From NCBI GenBank assembly GCA_044450345.1, contig JBIOIY010000003.1:96001-160000 (forward strand): a stretch of 64,000 nt of DNA, written 5' to 3'. Shown piece by piece: positions 29,675 to 37,782 of this stretch (its first letter is position 1; every line of letters begins with the position of its first letter). Both the position numbers and the translations under genes were made by a program. Source of the DNA: Thermodesulfovibrionales bacterium (lineage in GTDB: Bacteria > Nitrospirota > Thermodesulfovibrionia > Thermodesulfovibrionales > UBA6898). The notes under the pieces were generated by a model, which saw only the letters and a list, made by a program, of their open reading frames with translations, made no database searches and was not told the origin of the DNA.

Positions 29675-30046
29675 GTGACGCAACAGAAAAAGATACTTAT
29701 CATCGATGACGACATCCGATATCTTGTTGATGCGAAACGCTGTTTGCAGTCTCGTGGCTATGCGGTGAGTATCCATGAGTATTCAGCCGGCTCGCCTGTC
29801 ATGATCAGAAATATGAAGCCGGATGTTGTGTTACTCAATATCAGAATGGGTGACCTGTCCGAGGAGAAACTATCATACCTCCTCGGTGCAAACCGGCATG
29901 CACGGGGAGTTCCCGTGGTATTCTATTCCTCCCATGACGAGGAAGGCCTCAGGAATGCCGCCGTCCGCCACGAGGCCGAGGGATATATCCGCAAAGGCGA
30001 CGTCTCCCTGCTTTGCGATGAGATAGGTGTTTTTTGTCCCCATTGA
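29675..30046 (+). CDS. Stand-alone receiver domain with the phospho-acceptor Asp replaced by Asn
   Basis: 'KILIIDDD', 'PDVVLLNIRM', 'PVVFYSS' and 'GYIRK'; GGAGG SD before GTG 29675. Confidence 0.75.
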   Translation: MTQQKKILIIDDDIRYLVDAKRCLQSRGYAVSIHEYSAGSPVMIRNMKPDVVLLNIRMGDLSEEKLSYLLGANRHARGVPVVFYSSHDEEGLRNAAVRHEAEGYIRKGDVSLLCDEIGVFCPH

Positions 30047-30096
30047 ATCGAGAAACAAGATTTACTTGAGGAGATCAAAAGGTGGAGAAGAGAAGC

Positions 30097-30651
30097 ATGG
30101 ATAAAATCGCAATCATTGATATAGACAATACTTTGTGGCAGTTCAGCGATGCCTTCTTTGAAGAACTGAGAAAGATAAACAAGGACTTCCCGACACCGGA
30201 AAACTGGACACATTGGTGGAGTATATGGCAGGGATATTGTACTGAGCAGGATTTTTATGGGGCGATAAATGCTATTCACATGAAGCAAGACAGCGACAAT
30301 TATCAGCCCTATCCTGAAGCCAAAAGCTTCCTTTCGGGGATGAAACAAAGTGGCTATCATATCACCATAGCGAGTCACCGTTCCCCTGAGTTTATGGACC
30401 AGACTGAGAGATGGCTGAAAAAGCACGGATTGCTGCATGACGATATCTACCTGTCCCACCATAAGACCGAGTTATTCAATACAGAGACAAATGTGGTGGT
30501 GGACGATGCACCAGAGGTATTGGAGAGGGCAGTTGAGAATGGAGCGTTAGCAACGGGATTATTATTTCCCTGGAATCGTGCCTTTCGTAATAATGGGTTC
30601 AGGCTTTGCAGTAACCTTGATGAGATATTGGATGGTATCCTGAAGCAGTGA
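30097..30651 (+). CDS. HAD-superfamily phosphatase (5'(3')-nucleotidase NT5C-like)
   Basis: DIDNT motif I, 'ASHR', 'VVDDAP' and 'FPWNR'. Confidence 0.78.
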   Translation: MDKIAIIDIDNTLWQFSDAFFEELRKINKDFPTPENWTHWWSIWQGYCTEQDFYGAINAIHMKQDSDNYQPYPEAKSFLSGMKQSGYHITIASHRSPEFMDQTERWLKKHGLLHDDIYLSHHKTELFNTETNVVVDDAPEVLERAVENGALATGLLFPWNRAFRNNGFRLCSNLDEILDGILKQ

Positions 30652-30973
30652 GTATATCTATCCCGGAAAAAACCGGTGTTCAACAAGGATGGTGATTTAA
30701 TCTGGTATACGGAGGCAGCTACCTTTTGTTGAAACGTATAGAAAGATTGATCGCTATTATAATTGATCTGTTAAAAAGCCTTGCATTGCTTGAGTATTCG
30801 GTTGATATCCTTGAATCGGTCGAAAAAACCCACGGGGGCGGAATTAATTCTTCTGATTAATGTTTGCAGTACGTGCACGAGAGACGCAAAATCATTTCTC
30901 CAACAGGAAAGCATGATATATCAAGTCGTCTTTCAATTTAATGACCCGTGCATCCTTGGTTTTAAAGCAGGTG

Positions 30974-31585
30974 TTATATTTTGACCAGATCGAGTGTCAC
31001 CTTGATAGCCGCTCCGATCAGTGCGGCTTCTTCTTTGCTCATCTCGCCCAGGCTACCGCGTCTTTCTGTCATTCTCCGGAAACGCGTGAAGTCCGTCGGT
31101 AGTGCTTCGGTGTCTATCAAATACGCGATCCCCTGAATAATCTCGCCTATTCTTTCCGGAGATTTTGCTTCTCCTTCCAGTTTGGCGAAATACTGAACCT
31201 TGATTTTCGCCCTGGTGACGTCATAGTCCACGTCCTTCACGCGATGAAGCGCCAGAATTGCGTAATCGCCTAGGGCTTGCCAGAATAGTTCGTCATATTC
31301 TTGCCACTTTGGCAGCGAGAAGCGCAGTAACGCGGGCCTTTTTCTTCCTATCTGCGGGATGCATTTTTCAAGCGCGACAACTAAATCCCCAACCTTGTTC
31401 TTGTCTATCTGATCAAGCATCTCATATAGCTTGCGCCGCTGATGTCTCCGAAGGAGCTTCTCGATCTGCTCCAATACGTTCCCCTGTCCAGGGTGCGTGC
31501 CTAATTTATCGAGAACATTGTTCGTTGATTTATCCATGACATTCCTTCCCGGGACGCTGTCTTTTCTAGATGATACTTGACACAT
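30974..31585 (-). CDS. Hypothetical protein (start may be the Met of MDKSTN)
   Basis: 203-codon ORF with plausible helical composition; no recognised motif. Confidence 0.5.
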   Translation of the reverse strand: MCQVSSRKDSVPGRNVMDKSTNNVLDKLGTHPGQGNVLEQIEKLLRRHQRRKLYEMLDQIDKNKVGDLVVALEKCIPQIGRKRPALLRFSLPKWQEYDELFWQALGDYAILALHRVKDVDYDVTRAKIKVQYFAKLEGEAKSPERIGEIIQGIAYLIDTEALPTDFTRFRRMTERRGSLGEMSKEEAALIGAAIKVTLDLVKI

Positions 31586-31640
31586 CGGGATGAGTCAAGC
31601 GGTGAATGGTTTGGGTAGAGAGACTCACCTTTGTCCGCCC

Positions 31641-31710
31641 GGCAGGGCTCAAACCGGAACAGGTGGCCCGGCTAAATCGGAATCAATAGTCTGAATACTC
31701 CGAAAAATGC
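31641..31710. mobile_element. Possible degenerate IS21-family terminal repeat remnant
   Basis: ~23-bp internal repeats 'aaaccggaac aggtggcccggctaaatcggaat ... ccgaaaaatgc' resemble the GTGGCCG..AAATCGGAAT repeats at IS21 ends; no transposase nearby. Confidence 0.35.
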
Positions 31711-31744
31711 TTTTCCCCTTGATGTAATAAGAAACATTTATACA

Positions 31745-31800
31745 TGTAACAGAAAATTAACACTCCTTTAATAATCCATTAACAGACCGTTTGCTATGCT
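31745..31800 (+). promoter_or_regulatory. Pho-box-like promoter (Cys-rich ORF)
   Basis: TGTAAC-N5-ATTAAC-N5-TTTAAT-N5-ATTAAC-N11-TATGCT; an extra in-phase TGTAAT at 31723. Confidence 0.78.
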
Positions 31801-31819
31801 ACTGACCAGGGAGGCAACT

Positions 31820-32008
31820 ATGAATATACAATACATTATCTGTCCCCATCTTAAAGGCAGTTATGACGGAGCGGTCTGCAGCAGCGTCAGCAAGTTGATC
31901 AAGAACATAGAAGACGTCACCATTAAATTGTGTATGGGCAGGCATTACGAGGTATGCTCGATATATCGGGAGTCTCTGCTCCCTCAGGAGCCTGTCAGTG
32001 CCATTTAA
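31820..32008 (+). CDS. Small Cys-rich protein (C-P-x10-C-x17-C-x7-CSIY), 62 aa
   Basis: GGGAGG SD before ATG 31820; shared Cys spacing. Confidence 0.75.
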   Translation: MNIQYIICPHLKGSYDGAVCSSVSKLIKNIEDVTIKLCMGRHYEVCSIYRESLLPQEPVSAI

Positions 32009-32122
32009 GATATGACGCGGACAAGGAAGTCAGTTAGGCCTCTTTGGCATTTCACGGATTGCCGATGTGTCGATCTTACTCGCCGTCGCCTTGCAAAATT
32101 CAGTTCGGACCAGCCGGAAAAA

Positions 32123-32178
32123 TTTCATATTCCCTTAACTTAAATGACATCATGCCGTAAAAACCAAAATGATATCCT
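32123..32178 (+). promoter_or_regulatory. Pho-box-like promoter (HMA-like and two Cys-rich ORFs)
   Basis: TTTCAT-N5-CTTAAC-N5-TGACAT-N5-CGTAAA-N11-TATCCT. Confidence 0.65.
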
Positions 32179-32212
32179 TAAACTGGATTGTATTTGGAAG
32201 AAGGAAACTCGA

Positions 32213-32506
32213 ATGATCACCTATATCATCAAACATCATGTCCCGGGGCAGATAAGGCTGGATGTTCCTGTATTGAGAAAAATTGCCGAGTATCGGCTAA
32301 AAAAGATATCGAAGGCCGTGACAAGGCTTCCCGTCTTTACGGGAATAAGAGACCTTACGGTAAATCCAGGGAACGGCAGCGTAGCTATTGAATATGACAC
32401 CGAAGTTGTCGATATCATAGATTATCTGGAAGACATGGCAGTTATTGTCGAAACGCTGGATTGTCTGGAAGGACAAACGCTGGATTGTCCGGAAGGACAC
32501 CGATGA
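32213..32506 (+). CDS. Cys-less HMA-like (HMA2-type) domain protein
   Basis: 'KHHVPGQIRLDVP...GIRDLTVNPGNGSVAIEYD'; AAGGA SD before ATG 32213. Confidence 0.7.
   Translation: MITYIIKHHVPGQIRLDVPVLRKIAEYRLKKISKAVTRLPVFTGIRDLTVNPGNGSVAIEYDTEVVDIIDYLEDMAVIVETLDCLEGQTLDCPEGHR
32451..32498 (+). repeat. 24-bp tandem duplication with 1 mismatch
   Basis: aaacgctggattgtctggaaggac / aaacgctggattgtccggaaggac. Confidence 0.9.
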
Positions 32507-32517
32507 AGGAGAAAGAT

Positions 32518-32679
32518 ATGGCTTGTATTGATTATCTGGAGACAGAGGCAAGGTGTTCGAGAGGGATCCCGGTCGCGCATCTTTTCAGGCGTTTCTTCTG
32601 TGAGTCAAAGCCTGAAAAATGCCCGATTGTCTTGTGGGAAGTATCTTCTCGGGCGATAGATAACACTAAATCATCCTAA
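32518..32679 (+). CDS. Small Cys-rich protein, divergent member (C-x9-C-x14-C-x6-CPI)
   Basis: AAGGAG SD before ATG 32518; MACIDYLETEARC...FFCESKPEKCPIV. Confidence 0.6.
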   Translation: MACIDYLETEARCSRGIPVAHLFRRFFCESKPEKCPIVLWEVSSRAIDNTKSS

Positions 32680-32689
32680 GGAGGAAGCC

Positions 32690-32869
32690 ATGCAGTGCCC
32701 GAATCTTTTGAAATGGGTAATATCATCATGCAAAGCCGTGGAGAGACCCTATGTCCCGAGCCTTTTTGAGCTGGAGGAGTATTGTAGCACCGGAGATCAC
32801 AGGAAGTGTCCTTTTTACATGAGAGACATCGTCAGGCCCAATACTGTGAGGGATAAAGTGTCCGCATAA
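32690..32869 (+). CDS. Small Cys-rich protein not in the ORF track, 59 aa (C-P-x9-C-x17-C-x7-CPFY)
   Basis: AAGGAGG SD; translated by hand as MQCPNLLKWVISSCKAVERPYVPSLFELEEYCSTGDHRKCPFYMRDIVRPNTVRDKVSA*. Confidence 0.8.
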   Translation: MQCPNLLKWVISSCKAVERPYVPSLFELEEYCSTGDHRKCPFYMRDIVRPNTVRDKVSA

Positions 32870-33129
32870 CATCTCAAGACTTAGTCTGATAATCCCACTT
32901 CTATGGAGAAAAAGGCAGCGTTAAAGAGGGCTCGCGTGGGTCTCAGGTGTACGCGGTAACCCCTTCATGCATCGCTGACCACTACCATTAAATAGTATCC
33001 CCGGCATGAATAAAGTGCCACGGTTTTGCGGCAGAGCTTAATAGGTAAGTAATGAAAGAAGTGTTAGACAATGTGCCGTTTCAGGCGATAGACTGAACTA
33101 TATATTAAGGATTCAAGGAGAGTATTCGT

Positions 33130-33423
33130 ATGGGATTGCTTGATGATGTATTTAAAGGCGGCAATGTTATAACGGGCTTGGCTATCGGCATCGGAGCAGC
33201 GGTGCTTGGACCGGTTGTATTGCCTATATTGGCCGGGGCTGCGAAACCTTTGGCAAAGGCCGCGATAAAGGGCGGCCTTGCGCTGTGTGCAAAAGGAAAG
33301 GAGTCAGCTGCCGAGTTCGGCGAGGTCTTTGAAGATATTGTTGCAGAAGCGAAAGCGGAACTCGCGGAAGAGCACGAAAAGGCAATTCCTGTTCCGCCTA
33401 CCGAAGCGGAACAAAGTGTCTAA
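33130..33423 (+). CDS. DUF5132-like small GxxxG membrane protein (FezA-like)
   Basis: 'GLAIGIGAAVLGP...KPLAKAAIKGG...GEVFEDIVAEAKAE'; TAGACA-17-TAGACT promoter and AAGGAG SD. Confidence 0.75.
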   Translation: MGLLDDVFKGGNVITGLAIGIGAAVLGPVVLPILAGAAKPLAKAAIKGGLALCAKGKESAAEFGEVFEDIVAEAKAELAEEHEKAIPVPPTEAEQSV

Positions 33424-33901
33424 TATCCCGGAAGCATTTATAGGCCATAAGATGACGGGCAGGTTGAGACTAAGGGTCCCGTCGAGAAGAGGAGATGGCG
33501 CATATCTGGGAAAAATCACTGAGGAATTCTCATCTCTCCCGGGCATTGCGCAGGTAATCGTGAACACCGAAACATCGAGCGTTCTCTTCCTGCATAATCT
33601 TTCAGAAGACGCAATTATGGGACATCTCAGTGCAAGCGGTCTGTTCAGAATTTCGGGGGCTCCCACAGGTCAAGGAGACGTGCATAGCGGAGTCAAAGGA
33701 TGTTTTCGGGAGATGTCCCGCAAAGTCGAGAAGGCGACGGGAGGAACGATGGGTATCAGTGAAGTTGCCTTCCTTGCGCTGTTCGGCGCCGGGGTCATGC
33801 AGATAGGTCGGGGGAATTTTACTGCGATCCCCTGGTACACGGCATTTTGGTATGCGCTTAATATCTTTCTGAAATCAGACGCACAGAAGGCCGGGGAATA
33901 G
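33416..33901 (+). CDS. HMA-like domain with C-terminal hydrophobic segments (FezC-like)
   Basis: GTG 33416 overlaps the upstream stop; 'HKMTGRLRLRVP...VNTETSSVLFLH'; C-terminus 'FLALFGAGVMQI...PWYTAFWYA'. Confidence 0.72.
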   Translation: MSNIPEAFIGHKMTGRLRLRVPSRRGDGAYLGKITEEFSSLPGIAQVIVNTETSSVLFLHNLSEDAIMGHLSASGLFRISGAPTGQGDVHSGVKGCFREMSRKVEKATGGTMGISEVAFLALFGAGVMQIGRGNFTAIPWYTAFWYALNIFLKSDAQKAGE

Positions 33902-34029
33902 CTGTACTCATCCTGTCTGAAGGTGAAGGCGCAATAAACCCGGAGAGTTCTATTTTTTCATCAGCCTTTTGAAAAAGATGAATGGCTCAGTCAAAAAGTA
34001 ACTTTTCTCAACAGAGAAGGAGGTCAGTT

Positions 34030-34710
34030 ATGTCTCAGGAAAAAGTCATGCGCGGCACTCGTTACGCAGAAGAGGTAAGCGAGGCCGGGACGACCGTAAA
34101 AGAGGGCGTAGTCAGCAGCCTTAAAGGTCTCAATGAGATTGAGGCGGAAATCGTGAGCCTCGTGAGGAACACGGTTTCCAACACTTTGCGTGCAACGGGA
34201 GAGGTGGCGATCGAAAGTATCTCCATTTCGAAAGACGTCATCAAGGGGGCTATCCAGGCCACAGAGGAGGTTGGAACAGGACTTATCCTGAGCACGAAAA
34301 GTGTTGCCAAAGGGGTGATCATGGGGGTGAGTGATGTAGGCGGCGATGTGGTAGCTGTTGCAGGCCAGACAGTAAAAGGCGCGGTAAAGGGGGCCGCTGA
34401 AGTCGGCGCGGATGTCGCCCTTGTTGCAAGGAGAGCGGTCGATGGCGTCATCGAGGCAACAAAGGAGATAGGGGGGAATGTGGAAGATGTCGCGAAAGTG
34501 GCAGTCGGAGGGGCGATTGAGGCTGCAGGGACAATAGGTAATACGGCGGTGAAGGCTGTTAGGGAGATGCTCGTCGGCGTGGTCGAGGGCGTAAAGGAGA
34601 TTGCGAGCGCAGCTCTGCCTAAACCGAGGACCTCCACACCGGAGACAAAAGCGCCTGCATCAAAACCGGTTGTTGCGGAAAAAGCGGCTGCGACCAGGAA
34701 AAAGAAGTAA
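34030..34710 (+). CDS. Gly/Ala/Val-rich 22-residue helical repeat protein with a Lys/Ala/Pro tail
   Basis: AAGGAGG SD before ATG 34030; at least 7 tandem 22-aa units; paralog at 42706. Confidence 0.8.
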   Translation: MSQEKVMRGTRYAEEVSEAGTTVKEGVVSSLKGLNEIEAEIVSLVRNTVSNTLRATGEVAIESISISKDVIKGAIQATEEVGTGLILSTKSVAKGVIMGVSDVGGDVVAVAGQTVKGAVKGAAEVGADVALVARRAVDGVIEATKEIGGNVEDVAKVAVGGAIEAAGTIGNTAVKAVREMLVGVVEGVKEIASAALPKPRTSTPETKAPASKPVVAEKAAATRKKK

Positions 34711-34722
34711 GAATAATACCCC

Positions 34723-37700
34723 GTGGTTCGGCCTGTACACGTTGCGGTAAGAGGAAGGGCCCGCTTTAAAGTAGCGGGCCTTTATCGGTCTCCCTTACTC
34801 AAAGATCGGATTGAACTCACCCTTAATTCACTTGACGGAATAAGAGAGGCATCGGCCAACACACATACAGGCAATGTTCTTGTATATTTCAATTCTGACA
34901 ATACTCCCGGGTCAATCGCATCGGCAATAGCAGCGGCAGTGTATGGCTACAGATCTCAGCATTGTAACAATCATTCTCCGGAAAATAAAGAAGACGCAGA
35001 CGGCATCATACCCTATCGGCGGAAAGAAGCTCCCGGAGAGCAAGGCAGGCCTGTTGTTACGAGGAGGAAATTAAGGAAGAGCATCATCAAGGCAGAGGAA
35101 CAGAATCCTGATCCCTGGCACCAGATGGATGCGCGTGAAGTGGCGGGAAAGTTTGGCACATCCCAGCACTACGGGCTTCCCAATGACATCGCAAAGACGA
35201 ATCTGAAGCGGTATGGTCCCAATGTCCTTCCGGAGGCGGTGCCCCGCTCCGGGTTAAGCATTTTCCTCGGCCAGTTTAACTCACTTCCTGTGGCACTGCT
35301 CGGCGTTGCTGCCGGGATTTCTATAGCCACGGGAGGCGTCGCCGATGCGATCGTAATTGCCGGCGTGGTGGTCATCAACGCAGTAATAGGGTATGGGACC
35401 GAAACCCAGACCGAAAAGACCATCCATGCATTGAAAAGCCTTGTCAGACCTTCTGCCACGGTCAAGCGGGATGAACAAATTATAGAACTCGGAGCAGAGG
35501 AAGTCGTCCCAGGAGATCTGCTGATCCTCAGACCGGGCAGTTACGTGCCGGCAGACGCAAGACTGCTGGAGACGTATCACCTGAGTATCGACGAGTCCGC
35601 ACTTACGGGAGAGAGTCTCCCTGTGATCAAAACAAGTTTGCCTTGCGAGGTTGAAGAAATCCCCCTTGCAGACAGGGTCAATATGGTCTATATGGGGACA
35701 CTCGTGACCGGCGGGCAAGGGATCGCCGTGGTCGTGGCAACGGGCAGGTTTACCGAGATAGGAAAGATCCAGGCGCTTGTAGGAGAGGCAGAATCTCCGG
35801 ACACCCCGATGGAGCGGCAGCTTCATAAAATGGGCACACAGCTTGTCTTTATAAGCGGAGCTGTCTGCGGACTTGTCTTTATCGTCGGACTTCTGCGCGG
35901 ATACGGCTTTTTAGAGATGCTCAAGAGTTCCATATCTCTTGCCGTTGCCGCAGTCCCGGAGGGACTCCCTACTGTTGCAACTACAACCCTCGCCTTAGGT
36001 ATAAGGGACATGAGGCGGCATAACGTGCTCATCAGGCATCTTAATGCGGTCGAAACACTGGGGGCCGTACAGACGATCTGTCTTGACAAGACGGGAACAA
36101 TCACGATGAACAGGATGTCGGTAGTCGCCGTCCATACCGGCATGAAACGATATGAAGTCTCAAATGGGGCGATCACGGCTTCCCGGGAGAAGGTGAGCCC
36201 CTATTCAGTCGACGAACTCCTTAGGCTGCTGCACGTGAGCGTGCTCTGCAGCGAGAGCGAGGTCGAAAGAGAAAAGGGTACTTATGCGGTCAGCGGCTCT
36301 CCGACCGAAAACGCCCTGATCTATATGGCGTTGAACGCCGGTATCAATGCCGTTTCTCTTAGAGAGAGCTTCCCCGTGTTGAGCATCACTCATCGTTCGG
36401 AAAGTCGCAATTACATGTCTACCGTCCACAAATCCGAGAGTGGACCAGTCATCATTGCGGTAAAGGGGAGCCCCGGCGAGGTCCTTTCAATCTGCAACTG
36501 GCACATGAAGGGCGGAGAGAAGCTTCCGTTGACGGAGGAGGACATGCTTCTCATAGAGACGGAAAATGAACGCATGGCCGGTCAGGCGCTCAGGGTCCTC
36601 GGCGTTGCCTATTCATCGCGGGACGATGAGGAAGCCCTCTCCGAAGATAGAAAAGATCTTCATGAAGACCTGATATGGCTCGGCCTCGTCGGCATGGCAG
36701 ACCCCATCAGGGAAAATGTGAAAGAACTGGTCCACGGGTTCCACGAAGCCGGAATCGATACGGTCATGATAACGGGAGACCAGAGCCCCACCGCATATGC
36801 TATTGGAAAGGAATTGAATCTGAGCAATAACGGACACCTCGAAATCCTTGATTCTACGCACCTTGCGAATATCGAGCCCGAGGTCATGAAGGCCCTCTGT
36901 GAGAGGATACACGTCTTTGCCCGCGTCAGTCCTGCACATAAGCTCCAGATTGTCCAAGCGCTCCAGTCCGCCGGGAAAGTGGTTGCGATGACCGGAGACG
37001 GTATCAACGACGGCCCGGCGCTCAAGGCAGCGGATATAGGGATCGCCATGGGCCACACAGGCACTGATGTCGCCCGCGAGGTGGCTGACGTGATTATTGA
37101 AGACGACAATCTCGAAACAATGCTTATCGCGGTAAGCAGGGGAAGGACAATCTATAACAATATCCGGAAATCAGTCCACTTCCTGCTGTCCACAAACCTC
37201 AGCGAGATCATGGTGATGTTCACGGCGATCTCGACAGGTCTTGGCCAGCCGCTCAATGCGATGCAGCTTCTCTGGATCAATCTTATCACGGACATTGCTC
37301 CGGGACTGGCCCTTGCCCTTGAACTTCCGGAGCCGGATGTGTTGAGCCGTCCCCCCCGGGACCCACACGAGCCGATTGTCAGAAATTCCGATTTCAAGCG
37401 GATAGCTTTCGAGTCGGCAATGCTTTCCGCGGGCTCCCTGGGGGCTTACGGGTATGGCATTGCACGCTATGGAATAGGACCGCGGGCTGGTTCGGTTGCA
37501 TTCCTCAGCCTTACGGCAGGACAGCTCCTTCACGCTCTGAGCTGCCGCTCTGAGCAACACAGCATGTTCAGCGCCGAGAGACTGCCACGGAACAAGTATC
37601 TTGAAGTGGCACTGGGCGGTTCCTTTGCGCTCCAGATACTGGCGATGACTGTCCCCGGGCTGAGGAGACTTTTGGGAATAGGTCCAATCAGTATCCTCGA

Positions 37701-37782
37701 TGCTCTTGTGATCGGCGGAAGCGCTGCTTTTCCGCTTCTCGTAAACGAGGCGACAAAATCCCCCTTGAGGTTGGCAAGATGA
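34723..37782 (+). CDS. P2A-type (Ca2+-like) cation-translocating P-type ATPase with an extra N-terminal HMA-like domain
   Basis: TGES, AVAAVPEGLP, DKTGT, GDGINDGPAL, STNLSE and QLLWINLITD; N-terminus 'VHVAVRGRARFKV...SANTHTGNVLVYFN'. Confidence 0.92.
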   Translation: MVRPVHVAVRGRARFKVAGLYRSPLLKDRIELTLNSLDGIREASANTHTGNVLVYFNSDNTPGSIASAIAAAVYGYRSQHCNNHSPENKEDADGIIPYRRKEAPGEQGRPVVTRRKLRKSIIKAEEQNPDPWHQMDAREVAGKFGTSQHYGLPNDIAKTNLKRYGPNVLPEAVPRSGLSIFLGQFNSLPVALLGVAAGISIATGGVADAIVIAGVVVINAVIGYGTETQTEKTIHALKSLVRPSATVKRDEQIIELGAEEVVPGDLLILRPGSYVPADARLLETYHLSIDESALTGESLPVIKTSLPCEVEEIPLADRVNMVYMGTLVTGGQGIAVVVATGRFTEIGKIQALVGEAESPDTPMERQLHKMGTQLVFISGAVCGLVFIVGLLRGYGFLEMLKSSISLAVAAVPEGLPTVATTTLALGIRDMRRHNVLIRHLNAVETLGAVQTICLDKTGTITMNRMSVVAVHTGMKRYEVSNGAITASREKVSPYSVDELLRLLHVSVLCSESEVEREKGTYAVSGSPTENALIYMALNAGINAVSLRESFPVLSITHRSESRNYMSTVHKSESGPVIIAVKGSPGEVLSICNWHMKGGEKLPLTEEDMLLIETENERMAGQALRVLGVAYSSRDDEEALSEDRKDLHEDLIWLGLVGMADPIRENVKELVHGFHEAGIDTVMITGDQSPTAYAIGKELNLSNNGHLEILDSTHLANIEPEVMKALCERIHVFARVSPAHKLQIVQALQSAGKVVAMTGDGINDGPALKAADIGIAMGHTGTDVAREVADVIIEDDNLETMLIAVSRGRTIYNNIRKSVHFLLSTNLSEIMVMFTAISTGLGQPLNAMQLLWINLITDIAPGLALALELPEPDVLSRPPRDPHEPIVRNSDFKRIAFESAMLSAGSLGAYGYGIARYGIGPRAGSVAFLSLTAGQLLHALSCRSEQHSMFSAERLPRNKYLEVALGGSFALQILAMTVPGLRRLLGIGPISILDALVIGGSAAFPLLVNEATKSPLRLAR

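Noticed and set aside
34723..37782. Calling the ATPase FezB or a heavy-metal P1B pump
   Set aside because: The membrane motifs are P2A-type (PEGL, NxxE, NxxTD) with a long C-terminal membrane region; only the N-terminal domain is Fez-like.
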